A DNA stretch of 64,000 bases from positions 14,797,168 to 14,861,167 of the forward strand of contig NC_090374.1 in assembly GCF_036365525.1 (NCBI RefSeq), read 5' to 3'. A program made the translations under genes and the position numbers. Of this stretch, positions 1 to 11,126 are shown piece after piece; the first letter of the stretch is position 1, and each line of letters opens with the position of its first letter. This DNA is from Heterodontus francisci. Taxonomy: Eukaryota. The notes under the pieces were generated by a model that ran no database searches, was not told the DNA's origin, and saw only the letters and a program-made list of their open reading frames with translations.

Positions 1-145
1 AACAACTCGCTGTGTAAAATAACTGTCTCCTCATCTCACTTCTGCTTCTGGTTCTTTCTTAGCTCTGTGTCCTTTGGTCACTGAACACTTGAGAACCAAT
101 TTTGGGATGTGGTAGCCCTGGTAAGGCCAGCATTTATTGCCCATT

Positions 146-273
146 CTAATATGAATAGGAAGGGAATAGAGGTTTATGGGCCCCGGAAGTGCAGAAGGTG
201 TTAGTTTCGGCAGGCATCAAGATCGGCGCAGGCTTGGAGGGCCGAATGGCCTGTTCCTGTGCTGTACTGTTCT
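146..273 (+). mobile_element. CR1 LINE 3' end fragment
   Basis: Nearly identical to the 3' UTR/tail of the CR1 copy at 49480-49610 (…ggagggccgaatggcctgttcctgtgctgtactgttct). Confidence 0.75.
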
Positions 274-620
274 TTTTTTTTAGAGATACAGCACTGAAAC
301 AGGCCCTTCGGCCCACCGAGTCTGTGCCGACCATCAACCACCCATTTTATACTAATGCTACACTAATCCCATATTCCTACCACATCCCCACCTGTCCCTA
401 TATTTCCCTACCACCTACCTATACTAGGGGCAATTTATAATGGCCAATTTACCTACCAACCTGCAAGTCTTTTGGCTGTGGGAGGAAACCGGAGCACCCG
501 GAGAAAACCCACGCAGACACAGGGAGAACTTGCAAACTCCACACAGGCAGTACCCAGAATTGAACCCAGGTCGCTGGAGCTGTGAGGCTGCGGTGCTAAC
601 CACTGCGCCACTGTGCCGCC
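274..620 (-). mobile_element. tRNA-derived V-SINE (HE1-like)
   Basis: Reverse strand reads GGCGGCACAGTGGCGCAGTGGTTAGC (A box), then a B-box-like segment, V-domain TGTGTGGAGTTTGC…GGGTGCTCCGGTTTCCTCCCAC and a CR1-like tail; three copies in the window. Confidence 0.85.
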
Positions 621-628
621 GCTCTTTG

Positions 629-945
629 TACCCTTGAGAAGGTGGTGGTGGGTCATGTGGGTTCTCTTGTTGAATCACTGCAGGCTGTGTGGTGATGGTC
701 CTCCCACAATGCTGTCAGGGTAGGAGTTTGAGGAGTTTGACCCAGAGACAATGAAGGAACAACATTTGGATGGAGTGTGACTTAGAGGAGAACGTGGAAG
801 TGATGGTGTTTCCATATACCTCCTGCCCTTGTTCTTCTAGCTCGTGGCTTTGGGAGGTGCTGCTGAAGAAGCTTTGGTGAGTTGTCCATTCGATATTACA
901 CGTTGTAGCTACAATTTGCCAGTGATGGAGGGAGTGAATGTTTAA
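629..945 (-). mobile_element. CR1/L2-clade LINE (family B) 3' fragment
   Basis: Reverse complement matches 41400-41710; its extreme 3' tail is at ~115-147, split off by the CR1/SINE insertion. Confidence 0.65.
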
Positions 946-974
946 CGAATGTAATTGAGATAAATTTATATCCC

Positions 975-1080
975 ATCAGGTCAGTATTTGATAGGACTGT
1001 GTAGAAGGAGCGCTACTCTCTATCGAACCCGTGCAGTACCTGCTGTGATGTTTGATGGGACAGAGTACAGGAAGCTAGCT
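975..1080 (+). repeat. Degenerate ~67-bp satellite monomers (same family as 19448-19578 and 26195-26325)
   Basis: gtatttgataggactgtgtagaaggagcgctactctctatcgaacccgtgcagtacctg…gtttgatgggacagagtacaggaagc. Confidence 0.65.
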
Positions 1081-1454
1081 GTTCCGTGCAGTGCTATCGA
1101 CGGATGTGGGTTAATCGTCATCCCCACACCCAATCTCCCCATGAATTAATTTAAAGTTTGCTGGACATTCTGATAACAATACTGAAAGCTAATGCAGCAT
1201 CTTTCATTCTCACGTGATGCTGTGGTTTGCGCCTCTTGTTTGCCAACAGTTATATCAATGCCACACCTCTGCTGTGAGGCCTATCTGGAACCTCTGTTGC
1301 TGCGTTTCTTGGAAAGCCTACCCAAACTGATCTTCAACATCGTCTAGAAAGAACTGTTCTGGGAAGATCCCAGTGACAGCTGTCTGGATGCATTTGGGAC
1401 TCCAAAACAAAGGACATCTTTCCATATCTTCTCTTTTTTTAGTTCATTCATTGG

Positions 1455-2912
1455 ATGTGGTGTCAAGCTTCTTGAGTGTTGTTGGAGCTGCACTCATCCA
1501 GGCAAATGGAGAGTATTCCATCACACTCCTGACTTGTGCCTTGTCGTTGGTGGACAAGCTTTGGGGAGTCAGGAGGATTCCGAGCCTCTGACCTGCTCTT
1601 TTAGCCATGGTAGTTATATGGCCACTCCAGTTCAGTTTCTGGTCAATGATAACCCCAGATTGTTGATAGTGCGGGATTCAGCAATCGTAATGCCATTGAA
1701 TGTCAACGGGAGATGTTGGAGGTCTCTCTTTTTGGAGATTGTAATTGCCTGGCGTTTGTGTGGTGGGAATGTTACTTGCCACTTATCAGCCCAAGCTTGG
1801 ATATTGTCCAGGTTTTGCTGCATTTCTACACAGACTGCTTCAGTATCCGAGGAATCGCGAATGGTGCTGAACATTGTGCATTCATCAGCAAGCATCCCAA
1901 CTTCTGACCTTATGACTGAAGGAAGGTCATTGATGAAGCTGCTGAAGGTGGTTGGGCCTAGGACATTACCCTGCAGAACACATGCAGTGCTGTCCTGGGA
2001 CTGAGATGCTTGACCTCCAACAACCGCAACCATCTTCCTTTGTGCTCGGTAGGACTCCAGCTAGTGGAGAGTTCTCCCTCTGATTCCCGTTGACCTCAGT
2101 TTTGCTAGGGCTCCTTGATGCCATACCTGGTCAAATGCTGCCTTGATGTCAAGAGCAGTCACTCTCACCTCACCTCTGTAGTTCAGCTCTTTTGCCCATT
2201 TTTGAACCAAAAGGTCAGGAACTGAGTGACTCTGGCAGAACCTAAACTGAGCATCAGTGAGCAGGTTATTGCGAAACAAGTGCCAATTGATAACACTGTC
2301 GACGACACCTTCCATTACTTTACTGATGATTAAGAGTAGACTGATAGGGTGGTAATTAGCCGGGTTGGATTTGTCCTGATTTTCCTGTACAGGACATATC
2401 TGGGAAATTTTCCACATTGCAGGGTCGATGCCAGTGTTGAAGCTGTACTGGAACAGTTTGGCTCGGGGCACGGCAAGTTCTGGAGAACAAGTCTTCAGTA
2501 CTTTTGCCAGAATGTTGTCAGGTCCCGTAGCCTTTGCAGTATCCAGTGCCTTCAGTTGTTACTTGATATCACCTGGAGTGAATCAAATTGGCTGAAGACT
2601 GGCACCTATGATGCTGGGGACCTCAGGAAAAGGCTGAGATGTCTTTAGACTTATCTTTTGCACTGATGTGTTGGGCTCCCCCATCATTGAGGATGGGATA
2701 TTTGTGGAGCTACCTCCTCCACTTAGTTGTTTAATTGTCTGCCACCATTATTCACGACTTGATGTGGCAGGACTGCAGAGCTTAGATCTGTTCTGTTGGT
2801 TGTGGGATTGCCTAGCTCTGTCTATCACATGCTGCTTACACTGTTTGGCACACGTAGTCCTGTAGTCCTGTGTTGTAGCTTCACCAGGTTGACACCTCAT
2901 TTTGAGGTATGC
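1455..2912 (-). mobile_element. CR1/L2-clade LINE (family B), decayed ORF2 RT region
   Basis: ORFs 2061..2471 (NYHPISLL, ALDIKAAFDQVWH) and 1632..2033 (QGNVLGP, LADE, WADKWQVTF). Confidence 0.85.
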
Positions 2913-2929
2913 CTGGCTCTCCACTCTAC

Positions 2930-4066
2930 TTTGAACTTGCTATATGTGCATGCTAACTTTCTGCATTCCTTGTGCAAGTACATCCAAGTCTCTCTGAACA
3001 TCAACATTTCAAAATTTCTCACCTTTTACAAAATATTCTGCATTTCAGTTCTTACTACCAAAGTGAATAACCTCACCCTTCCCCACTTTGTACTCCATCT
3101 GCCACCTTGTTGCCCACTCACTTTACCTGTCCATATCTCTTTGCGGCCTCATCCTCACAGCTTGCATTGCCAGCTAGCTTTGTACCATCACCAAACTTAG
3201 ATACATTGCTCTCAGTCTCGTAATCTAAGTCATTAATATAAATTGTAAATAGCTGAGGCCCTAGCACTGATCCTTTTGGCACTCCACTAGTTACAGTCTG
3301 CCAACTTGAAACTGCCCTGTTGATCCCTGCTCTCTGCTTTCTGTCTGTTAACCAATCATCTGCCATGCTAATATTACCCCCAACTCCATGCAGCTTTATC
3401 TCATGTATTAGCTCTTTGTGTGGCAACTTATTGAATGCCTTTTGGAAATACAAGAATACTACACCTACCATCTAACCCCGATAATCTTCGATTCCCTTGC
3501 CTAACAAGAATCTATCTACCCCCGCCTTAAACTTATTCAATGACCCTGCCTCTACCACCTTCTGAGGCAGAGAGTTCCAAAGTCGCACAACCCTCAGAGA
3601 AAATATTTCTCCTCATCTCTGTCCTAAAAGGGTGACTCCTAAATTTAAAACAGTTCCCCCCTAGTTCTGGACACAAGAGGAAACATCCTTTCTACACCCA
3701 CCTTGTCAAGATCATTCTGGATCTTATATACTTCAATCACGTCTCCCCTCACTCTTCTAAACTCCATTGAAAACAAGCCCAGTCTGTCCAACCTTTCCTC
3801 ATAAGACAACCTACTCATTCCAGATATCTATTTTGTAAATCTCCTCTGAACCACCTCCAACGCATTCACATCCTTCCTTAAATAAGGAGACCAAAACTGC
3901 ATACAGTTTTCTCGATATGGTCTCACCAATGCCCTGTGTAACTGAAGCGTAACATCCTTACTTTTATTTTCAATTTCTCTCGTAATAAAGGATAGCATTT
4001 CATTAGCCTTCTTTATTACTTGCTGTACCTGTGTACTAACGTTTTGTGATTCATGCACGAGAATAC
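2930..4066 (-). mobile_element. CR1 LINE fragments (RT and 3' region)
   Basis: ORFs 3118..3471 ([27 protein letters not shown]) and 3828..4076 (LVRPY..CMQFWSP); cut at 4067 by an LTR. Confidence 0.85.
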
Positions 4067-4803
4067 TGTCAGGCAAACCCCACCTGCCCCTCCACCCTCA
4101 CCTGCCAAGACTGAGGCACACATTATTCTGCCACATGAACATTAAAACTTAAAATTGCAAGCTCCTGACTGGAAAGACATTTGCACGATAACAGATAGTG
4201 TTGGAACAAGAGACAAAGGACCATGCCCTGACCCATTCAACCAACAATGGACTTTTGATTACCAGATGTTGATGGTGAGGGGAGCTCGCATTCCAGGTGC
4301 TAAGATAGCAGAATCCACAAATGCAGAAGTGGTCAGACCAGTTTTAGTCACATGATTAGCTGGCTGTTGAAATTTGAACTTCCAACAAAGGATTTGAACT
4401 CTGAAGGCTGTTAGCTCCTGGACTAAAAAGACATGTCTGCCTGTCCATCTCCTTCCCATGGAACTGAATCTTGTGAAAACATGTGAACCACAAACTTTTC
4501 TTCTCTTTTCTGCCCCTATCTGCATGTGTATGTCGCATGTGCATGCTAGCCTGGGCGCATCGTATATCCATAGGCGTGAACTTTATTAGAGATTAAGTAA
4601 GTTTAATAAATTTCACTTTTCTTCTTTAAGCCAAAGAAAGCCTGTTTGTGCTCATTTCTTTGCCTTATAATTGGAAAGCTGTGAACAAGGATTCACAAAA
4701 GGGGAGCTCAAAACAGAGTGTGTTTAAAATTCAACCCTGTTACAATAAGACCAGGTGAAGATAGTAACAGACCTCTAGACATCTTTCTCACCTGGTCGTA
4801 ACA
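4067..4803 (+). mobile_element. 5' LTR of Gypsy (Gmr1-type) element
   Basis: Starts TGTC, ends GTCGTAACA, internal AATAAA (~4605), followed by a degenerate tRNA-Pro-type PBS (ttgggtgctagc) and gag; homologous partial 3' LTR at 8949. Confidence 0.8.
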
Positions 4804-7370
4804 GAAATTGGGTGCTAGCATCAGGAATTTTACCCACAGACGAACGAGTGAAATTGGAAGTGAGAAGCCAAATTTTTCCCAATCAAAACGAGCAAAGATC
4901 AATACAGGTTTTCTTGTGATTGTGTGCTATTGAATATTAACATGTCTGCAACTGAAGTGAGTAGCTCTCCAAGCCAGGGTAAAGTAATTTGCGATAGGTT
5001 AAAAGCACTGTCTATGAAGGAGTTGAGGAAAATGGCCGAGCAGTGTGGAATCACAGTAGGTGGCAAGGATAGGAAGCCTGAACTCCTAAGGCTAGTGGCC
5101 CACCATTTTTCTCTCGAATTAGGAGATGCAGAAGCAGTGTTAGAAACAGAATCTGACAGGGTATTGTTTGCAAAGATACAATTGTTTAGTTTAGTTTAGA
5201 GATACAGCACTGAAACAGGCCCTTCGGCCCACCGAGTCTGTGCCGACCATCAACGACCCATTTAAACTAATCCTATTCCTACCACATCCTCACCTGTCCC
5301 TATGCTTCCCTACCACCTACCTATACTGGGTAGCAAACTGGCAAGCAATTTATAATGGCCAATTTACCTATCAACCTGCAAGTCTTTGGCATGTGGGAGG
5401 AAACCGGAGCACCCGGAGGAAACCCACGCAGACACAGGGAGAACTTGCAAACTCCACACAGGCAGTACCCAGAATTGAACCCGGGTCACTGGAGCTGTGA
5501 GGCTGCGGTGCTAACCACTGCACCACTAACCACTGCGCCACTGTGCCGCCCTTGGACCGGAGGAGACTTGAATTTGAGGAAAGGGAGAGAAAGAAAGAGA
5601 GAGCCTTTCAGAAGGAATGTGAAGAAATAGAGAGAGAGGCAAGAGAGAAAGAAAGACAGGAGAAGAAATGAGGAAGAGAGAGAGAGAGAGCGAGAGAGAA
5701 AGAATATTCCGGAAAGAATCCGAAGAAAGAGAGTTGAAGCGGCTTGAGTGATGGAGTAACCCCAGTGAAAGAATGGCCAATATGGAGGAGCATATTTCAG
5801 GGCTGGGTACAGGATTGCTAAAACGCATTCAGTTAATTCCACAATTCAATGAGGAAGATGTGGAAGTATTTTTTGTGTCGTTTGAGAAACTGGCAAGTGA
5901 ACTAAAATGGCCATCTGAGACCTGGTCTCTCTTATCGCAAAGCAAACTAACTGGAAAAGCCCATGAGGTTTATTCCTTGTTGCCAGATGAGAGTTCATTA
6001 AATTATGAAGTGACCAAAAATGCTATCCTCTGGTCATATGAATTAGTACCCGAAGCCTTTCGCCAAAAGTTTAGAACCCTCAAAAAGCAAGCCAATCAAA
6101 CTTATCTGGAGTTTGAAAGAAGCAAGCAGCTGGCTTTTGACCAATGGCTGAGTTCTTTAAAAATCCAGCTCAGCTATGAGACTCTCAGAGAAGTAATCCA
6201 GTTAGAGGAATTTAAAAACTCTCTCCCATTCTCAATAAAGACCCATGTAGAGGAGCAGTGGGTTCAGAGAGCCCGGCAAGCGGCCGTTCTGACCGATGAG
6301 TTTGCTTTAATTTATAAGTCGGTTTCCCAGGGAGAACCTTTCTTAATCACCCCCACAAATCCGAAAAGGACAAAGGGTGGGAAGGTGATAGAAGCCCAGA
6401 CAGTCCTGGGAGAGAAAGGAAAGCAGGAGACACAGGGGGCCCTCCTCCAGCAAAAAAGGAAGGTGCAGTGAGCAAGAGTGAGACCCGAAGATCTGTGTGC
6501 TTCCATTGTAATAAAGCAGGGCATTTAAACGCTGACTGCTGGAAACTAAAGGGGAAACCGGGAGGGTTAATCAGGGCACATCCACTCAATGACCTGATGC
6601 AAAGCACAGCAGAACAAGCTGTGGCTTTTACGAAAGACCAACCCCCGCATAAGACAGCAGTTTGACTGGCCAAAACTCCACAAAGAGGTGGTGGAGTACT
6701 GCAAGAATTGCCACATGTTCCAGGTTGAGGGGAAACCCCAAGCTACAGTGAAACCTGCAGCCCTAAATCCTGTACTGGTGTTAGGAGGACCCACCAGCAG
6801 AGGGCTGGTGAACTGTAAGGGACCCCAAATGAGAACAAAAGGAGGCAGGAAGGCACACGGCTGGCAAAAGTTTAGAAAGAGAAAGGGAAAAAGTGACCAA
6901 CAGGGCAGGTTAAAGGAAGTCCAGGAAGAATCCTGGATGAAAACCTCTGCTGTCTGGTCAACCAACCCCGATAAATGTGAATGACTAGACCCCACAACCT
7001 CCTATGTAAATGTAGATTCCAGAAGCACCCCACCAGCACTGCTAACAGCATTTACAGGAACCTGTAGAGACCAAAAGACCTCTAGGGGGCACAGAAACCG
7101 TGAGGGTGATGCCTCATCTCGTCGAAGTGACACAGGCGAGTGCAGTTAAGTCTGCAGAAATACCTGCAGGTAGGAGTGTCCCCAGAGAACAAAGGAGAGA
7201 GTAACAAAGGCTCCTCCCCCACAGTCAGAGGAAAAGGGAACCACCCATCCCCTGAAGTCAAAAGTCTTTGCAAGACTCAGATAATTCAGGATTGACCCGC
7301 CCACAACTAACTCTCCTGAGAAAAAAAGGGGGAAATTAAAACAGCCCTGGCATCCAGTAAAGACCATTTT
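4804..7370 (+). mobile_element. Gypsy internal region, internally deleted: gag with SCAN-like region and CCHC knuckle, integrase remnant
   Basis: ORF 5773..6471 (F..FEKLA..LKWP..W, YELVPEAFRQKFR, LEEFKNSLP), 6468..6665 CFHCNKAGHLNADC, 6688.. CKNCHMFQ..KP; no RT visible. Confidence 0.8.
5184..5551 (-). mobile_element. V-SINE (HE1-like) inserted into gag
   Basis: Same family as 274-620; (TAAAC)n tail; 15-bp internal duplication in the A-box region (ctaaccactgcacca/ctaaccactgcgcca). Confidence 0.85.
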
Positions 7371-7374
7371 TATT

Positions 7375-8790
7375 AGTCATAGAGTCTTACAGCATAGAAA
7401 CAGGCTCTTAGGCCCACCGCGTCCATGCCGACCATAATGCCTATCTATACTAATCCCACCTGCCTGCATTAATTCCATATCACTCTATGCCTCGCTCATT
7501 CAAGTACCTGTCCAGATGCCTCTTAAATGTCGCTACTGTTCCTGCCTCCACCACCTCCTCAGGCAGCTCATTCCAGATACCCACTATTCTTTGTGTGAAA
7601 TATTTACCCCTTTGATCCCCTTTAAACCTCCTCCCTCTCACCTTAAATCTATGCCCTCCAGTTGTCAGTCACCCCTACCATGGGAAACAGACTCTGGCTA
7701 TCTACCCTATCTATGCCTCTCATAATTTTATATACCTCTATCATGTTCCCTCTCAGCCTCCTTCGCTCCAGGGAAAACAGACACAGCCTGTCCAATCTCT
7801 CTTTATAATTCAAGCCCTCCAAACTTGGCAACATCTTTGTGAATCTTTTCTGCACCCTCTCTAGCTGAATCACATCTTTCCTGTAGTGCGGCGACCAGAA
7901 CTGCACACAGTACTCCAAATGCGGCCTAACCAACGTTATGTACAACTGTAACATGACGTCCCAACTCTTGTACTCAATGCCTCGGCCGATGAAGGCAAGC
8001 ATGCCATACGCCTTCTTCACCACCCTGTCTACCTGTGTTGCCACTTTCAGGGAACTATGTACTTGCACCCCAAGGTCTCTCTGCTCAACAACACTCCTCA
8101 GGGCCCTGCCATTCACTGTATATGTCCTGCCCTGGTTTAACTTCCCAAAATACATCACTTCACACTTGTCTGCATTAAATTCCATTTGCCACTCCCTTGC
8201 CCTCTTTCCCAGTTGGTCTATATCCTGTTGTAACCTTAGACAACCTTCTTCACTGTCCACTATTCACCAATTTTGGTGTCATCTGCAAACTTACTAATCA
8301 TGCCCCCTACATTCACATCCAAATCATTAATATATATGACAAACAACAGAGGGCCCCGCACCGATCCTTGCGGCACACCACTGGTCATCGGCCTCCAATC
8401 TGAAAAACAACCCTCCACTACCACCCTCTGCCTCCTATCACTAAGCCAATTTTGTATCCAATTTGCTAGCTCACCCTGGATCCCATGCGGGACCTTGTCA
8501 AAGGCCTTGCTAAAGTCCATGTGGATAACGTCCATCGCCCTGCCCTCGTCAATCCTCTTGGTCACCTCCTTGAAAAACTCAATCAAATTCGTGAGACATG
8601 ATTTCCCACACACAAAGCCATGCTGACTATCCCTAATCAGACCATGCCTTTCCAGATGCATATAAATCCTGTCTCTCAGAATCCCTTCCAATAACTTTCC
8701 CACCACTGATGTAAGGCTCACCGGCCTGTAGTTCCCTGGTTTATCCCTGCTGCCCTTCTTAAATAAAGGCACAACATTAGCTATCCTAAT
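7375..8790 (-). mobile_element. 5'-truncated CR1 LINE (RT to 3' end)
   Basis: ORFs 8260..8772 ([21 protein letters not shown]) and 7649..8260 (LVRPHLEYCVQFWSP). Confidence 0.9.
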
Positions 8791-8948
8791 AGCCTAATTA
8801 ACTATCCTAATTGACTATCCTATTAACTATAGGCTTTAAGAAGGGATATGAATGAGAGAAATGCATGGTTTTTCTTTCTGTATCTTATATTTCTCTCAAA
8901 CCCTGCCATTTTTGTTCAAATCACACTTCATTCCCCTGGATGTGGAGG

Positions 8949-9075
8949 TGTCAGGCAAGCCCACCCACCACCTCCCCCACCCCCCCCCCCCCACCCCCAC
9001 CCCATCCTCCCCACCCACCTGCAAGAATGAGGAAAATTAATTCTGCCACATGAACATTGATTTTAAACTATTGCT
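8949..9075 (+). mobile_element. Partial 3' LTR of the 4067 Gypsy element
   Basis: tgtcaggcaagccc…acctgcaagaatgagg…ctgccacatgaacatt matches 4067-4150; preceded by purine-rich gatgtggagg. Confidence 0.65.
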
Positions 9076-9084
9076 GGTGAATCA

Positions 9085-9890
9085 AGTGCAGGGGGCAGCG
9101 TACCATCCTGGAATCACGTCTGCGACTACAGAAACGCCTGTTTGTTCCCCTAACTATAGAATCCCCAGTTGCTATTGCTTTTCTGATCTTCCTCCCCACC
9201 CCTGTACAGATGAGCCACCCTTTGGGCTATGGTCTTGGTACTGGCTGTACTTCCCCGATGGACCATTGGCCTCACCAGTATTCGGAACTGGACACTGGTT
9301 GGAGATCAAGATGCTCTCAGCAGATTCGTGCAATACCTGCTGCATCCTCCTTGTCCATCTGGCTGTTGCCCAATCGTTGCTACCTTCTCTCTCCTAAGCT
9401 GTGGAACTGGACACTGGTTGGAGATCAAGATGCTCTCAGCAGATTCGTGCAATACCTGCTGCATCCTCCTTGTCCATCTGGCTGTTGCCCAATCGTTGCT
9501 ACCTTCTCTCTCCTAAGCTGTGGGGCGACTGCATCCAGAAACGTGCTTTCCTCAAAACTCACAGTCTAGCAAAACAGCACGCTGACGGGAGCTGCTTTTC
9601 CAGCTCTGAAATTCAGAGCTCGAGCTCCTCCAGCTGATGACCCTTGCTGCACATGTGATTGTCCAGGACAGGAGAAGAGTCCTGCAGTTCCCACATGGAA
9701 CAGGATGAGCATTTCATGGGACTGAGGTGCACTACCATGTCTTTCTTTATTGTACTATTAACTAACTTATCAGAAATAAATATAAGACCAAAAGAAATAG
9801 TCACCAGCTACTCACTGATCAGCTTATTCTCTTATGCTGATGTTGCTTTAGGTTTTTTGTAACTCGCTCCCAGACACTCACTCTCCCCAG
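9085..9890 (-). mobile_element. CR1 5' portion (5' UTR and ORF1 N-terminus), decayed
   Basis: ORF 9613..9804 CSSCSMWE…HMCSK..LEELEL is homologous to the ORF1 zinc finger at 10171. Confidence 0.7.
9284..9521. repeat. Perfect 119-bp tandem duplication
   Basis: 9284-9402 = 9403-9521. Confidence 0.95.
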
Positions 9891-10170
9891 AGTGGGAGCA
9901 TTATATATTTGGGCAGTGGCTGAACCCGAGACACTACACATGTAGTGTCTCCCACCCGCCCTCCTCCTCTAACCAAAAAAAAAGGACTCTGGTGTGTTGA
10001 TAAGGTAAGCTTTTTTATTTCTTCTGTATTGTGTGATTGGTTAAAAATCTACTTTCTTTTTTTGATTTATCTATTAATTGGTTATTTGAAAAAGACCATA
10101 GCAGAGAAGTATCAGAAAGTATTTAACTCATAAATTTATATAAAGTAATAAAGTAATTAACTAAGTAGAA

Positions 10171-11067
10171 ATGGCTGGGCAGGTGATGTGCTGTAGCTGT
10201 ATGATGTGGGAGCTGGCTGTCCCCATTGTGAACGGCAGGGACCACATCTGCAGCAAGTGTTGGTTGCTGGAAGAACTCCGGCTCAGAGTTGATGATCTGG
10301 AATCTGAGCTTCAAACACTACGGCACATCCGGGAGGGGGAGAGTTACCTGGACGTTTTGTTTCAGGAGGCAGTCACACCTGGTAGATTAAGTAATTCAAA
10401 TTCAGTTAGTGATCAGGGACAACAGGGTGTGATTGCAAGTGAGGCAGGTAGGGGGATCCTGAGTTCAGGAGTGGAGGAGCCTCAGCCTTTGACCTTATCC
10501 AACAGGTACGAGATACTTGCTCCCTGTCTGGATGAGGAAAAGGGCTGCGGGGAGGATGAGCCAACTGACCATGGCACCATGGTGCAGAAGGCCATTCAAG
10601 AGGGGGGAGCAAAAAGACAAGTGGTAGTTTTTGGAGATTCTATAATTAGGGGGATAGATAGTATCCTTTGCAAGCCGGATCGGGAGTCCCGCATGGTGTG
10701 TTGCCTGCCCGGTGCCAGGGTGCAGGACATCTCTGACCGGCTTGAAAGGATATTGGAGCGGGAGGGGGAGGATCCAGTTGTTGTGGTCCACATTGGGACT
10801 AACAACATAGGCAAGGCTAGGATGGAGGACCTGTTTGGGGATTATAAAGCACTGGGAGCGAAATTAAGGAACAGGTCCTCGAGGGTCATAATTTCCGGAT
10901 TACTGCCCGAGCCACATGCAAATTGGCTTAGGGATAAGAATACTAGGGAAGTAAACAGGTGGCTAAGGGAGTGGTGTGGGAAAGAGGGGTTCCATTTCAT
11001 GGGGCATTGGCATCAGTTTTGGAACCGGGGGGATCTGTACCGATGGGACGGTCTCCACTTGAACTGA
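10171..11067 (+). CDS. CR1 ORF1: zinc finger, leucine zipper, SGNH esterase (premature stop ~20 codons early)
   Basis: CCSC…HICSKC, LEELRLRVDDLESEL, FGDSIIRG, HIGTNN, DGLH; the frame continues to a TAG at 11126-11128. Confidence 0.85.
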   Translation: MAGQVMCCSCMMWELAVPIVNGRDHICSKCWLLEELRLRVDDLESELQTLRHIREGESYLDVLFQEAVTPGRLSNSNSVSDQGQQGVIASEAGRGILSSGVEEPQPLTLSNRYEILAPCLDEEKGCGEDEPTDHGTMVQKAIQEGGAKRQVVVFGDSIIRGIDSILCKPDRESRMVCCLPGARVQDISDRLERILEREGEDPVVVVHIGTNNIGKARMEDLFGDYKALGAKLRNRSSRVIISGLLPEPHANWLRDKNTREVNRWLREWCGKEGFHFMGHWHQFWNRGDLYRWDGLHLN

Positions 11068-11126
11068 TCTGGAACCAGTGTTCTAGTGAAACGGATAAAT
11101 AGGGTGGTCTCTAGGACTTTAAACTA

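Noticed and set aside
540-620. tRNA genes
   Set aside because: tRNA-like A/B boxes are SINE heads fused to V-domain and LINE tails
5773-6471. Domesticated SCAN/gag host gene
   Set aside because: Flanked by LTR and PBS, interrupted by a SINE and frameshifted before the zinc knuckle
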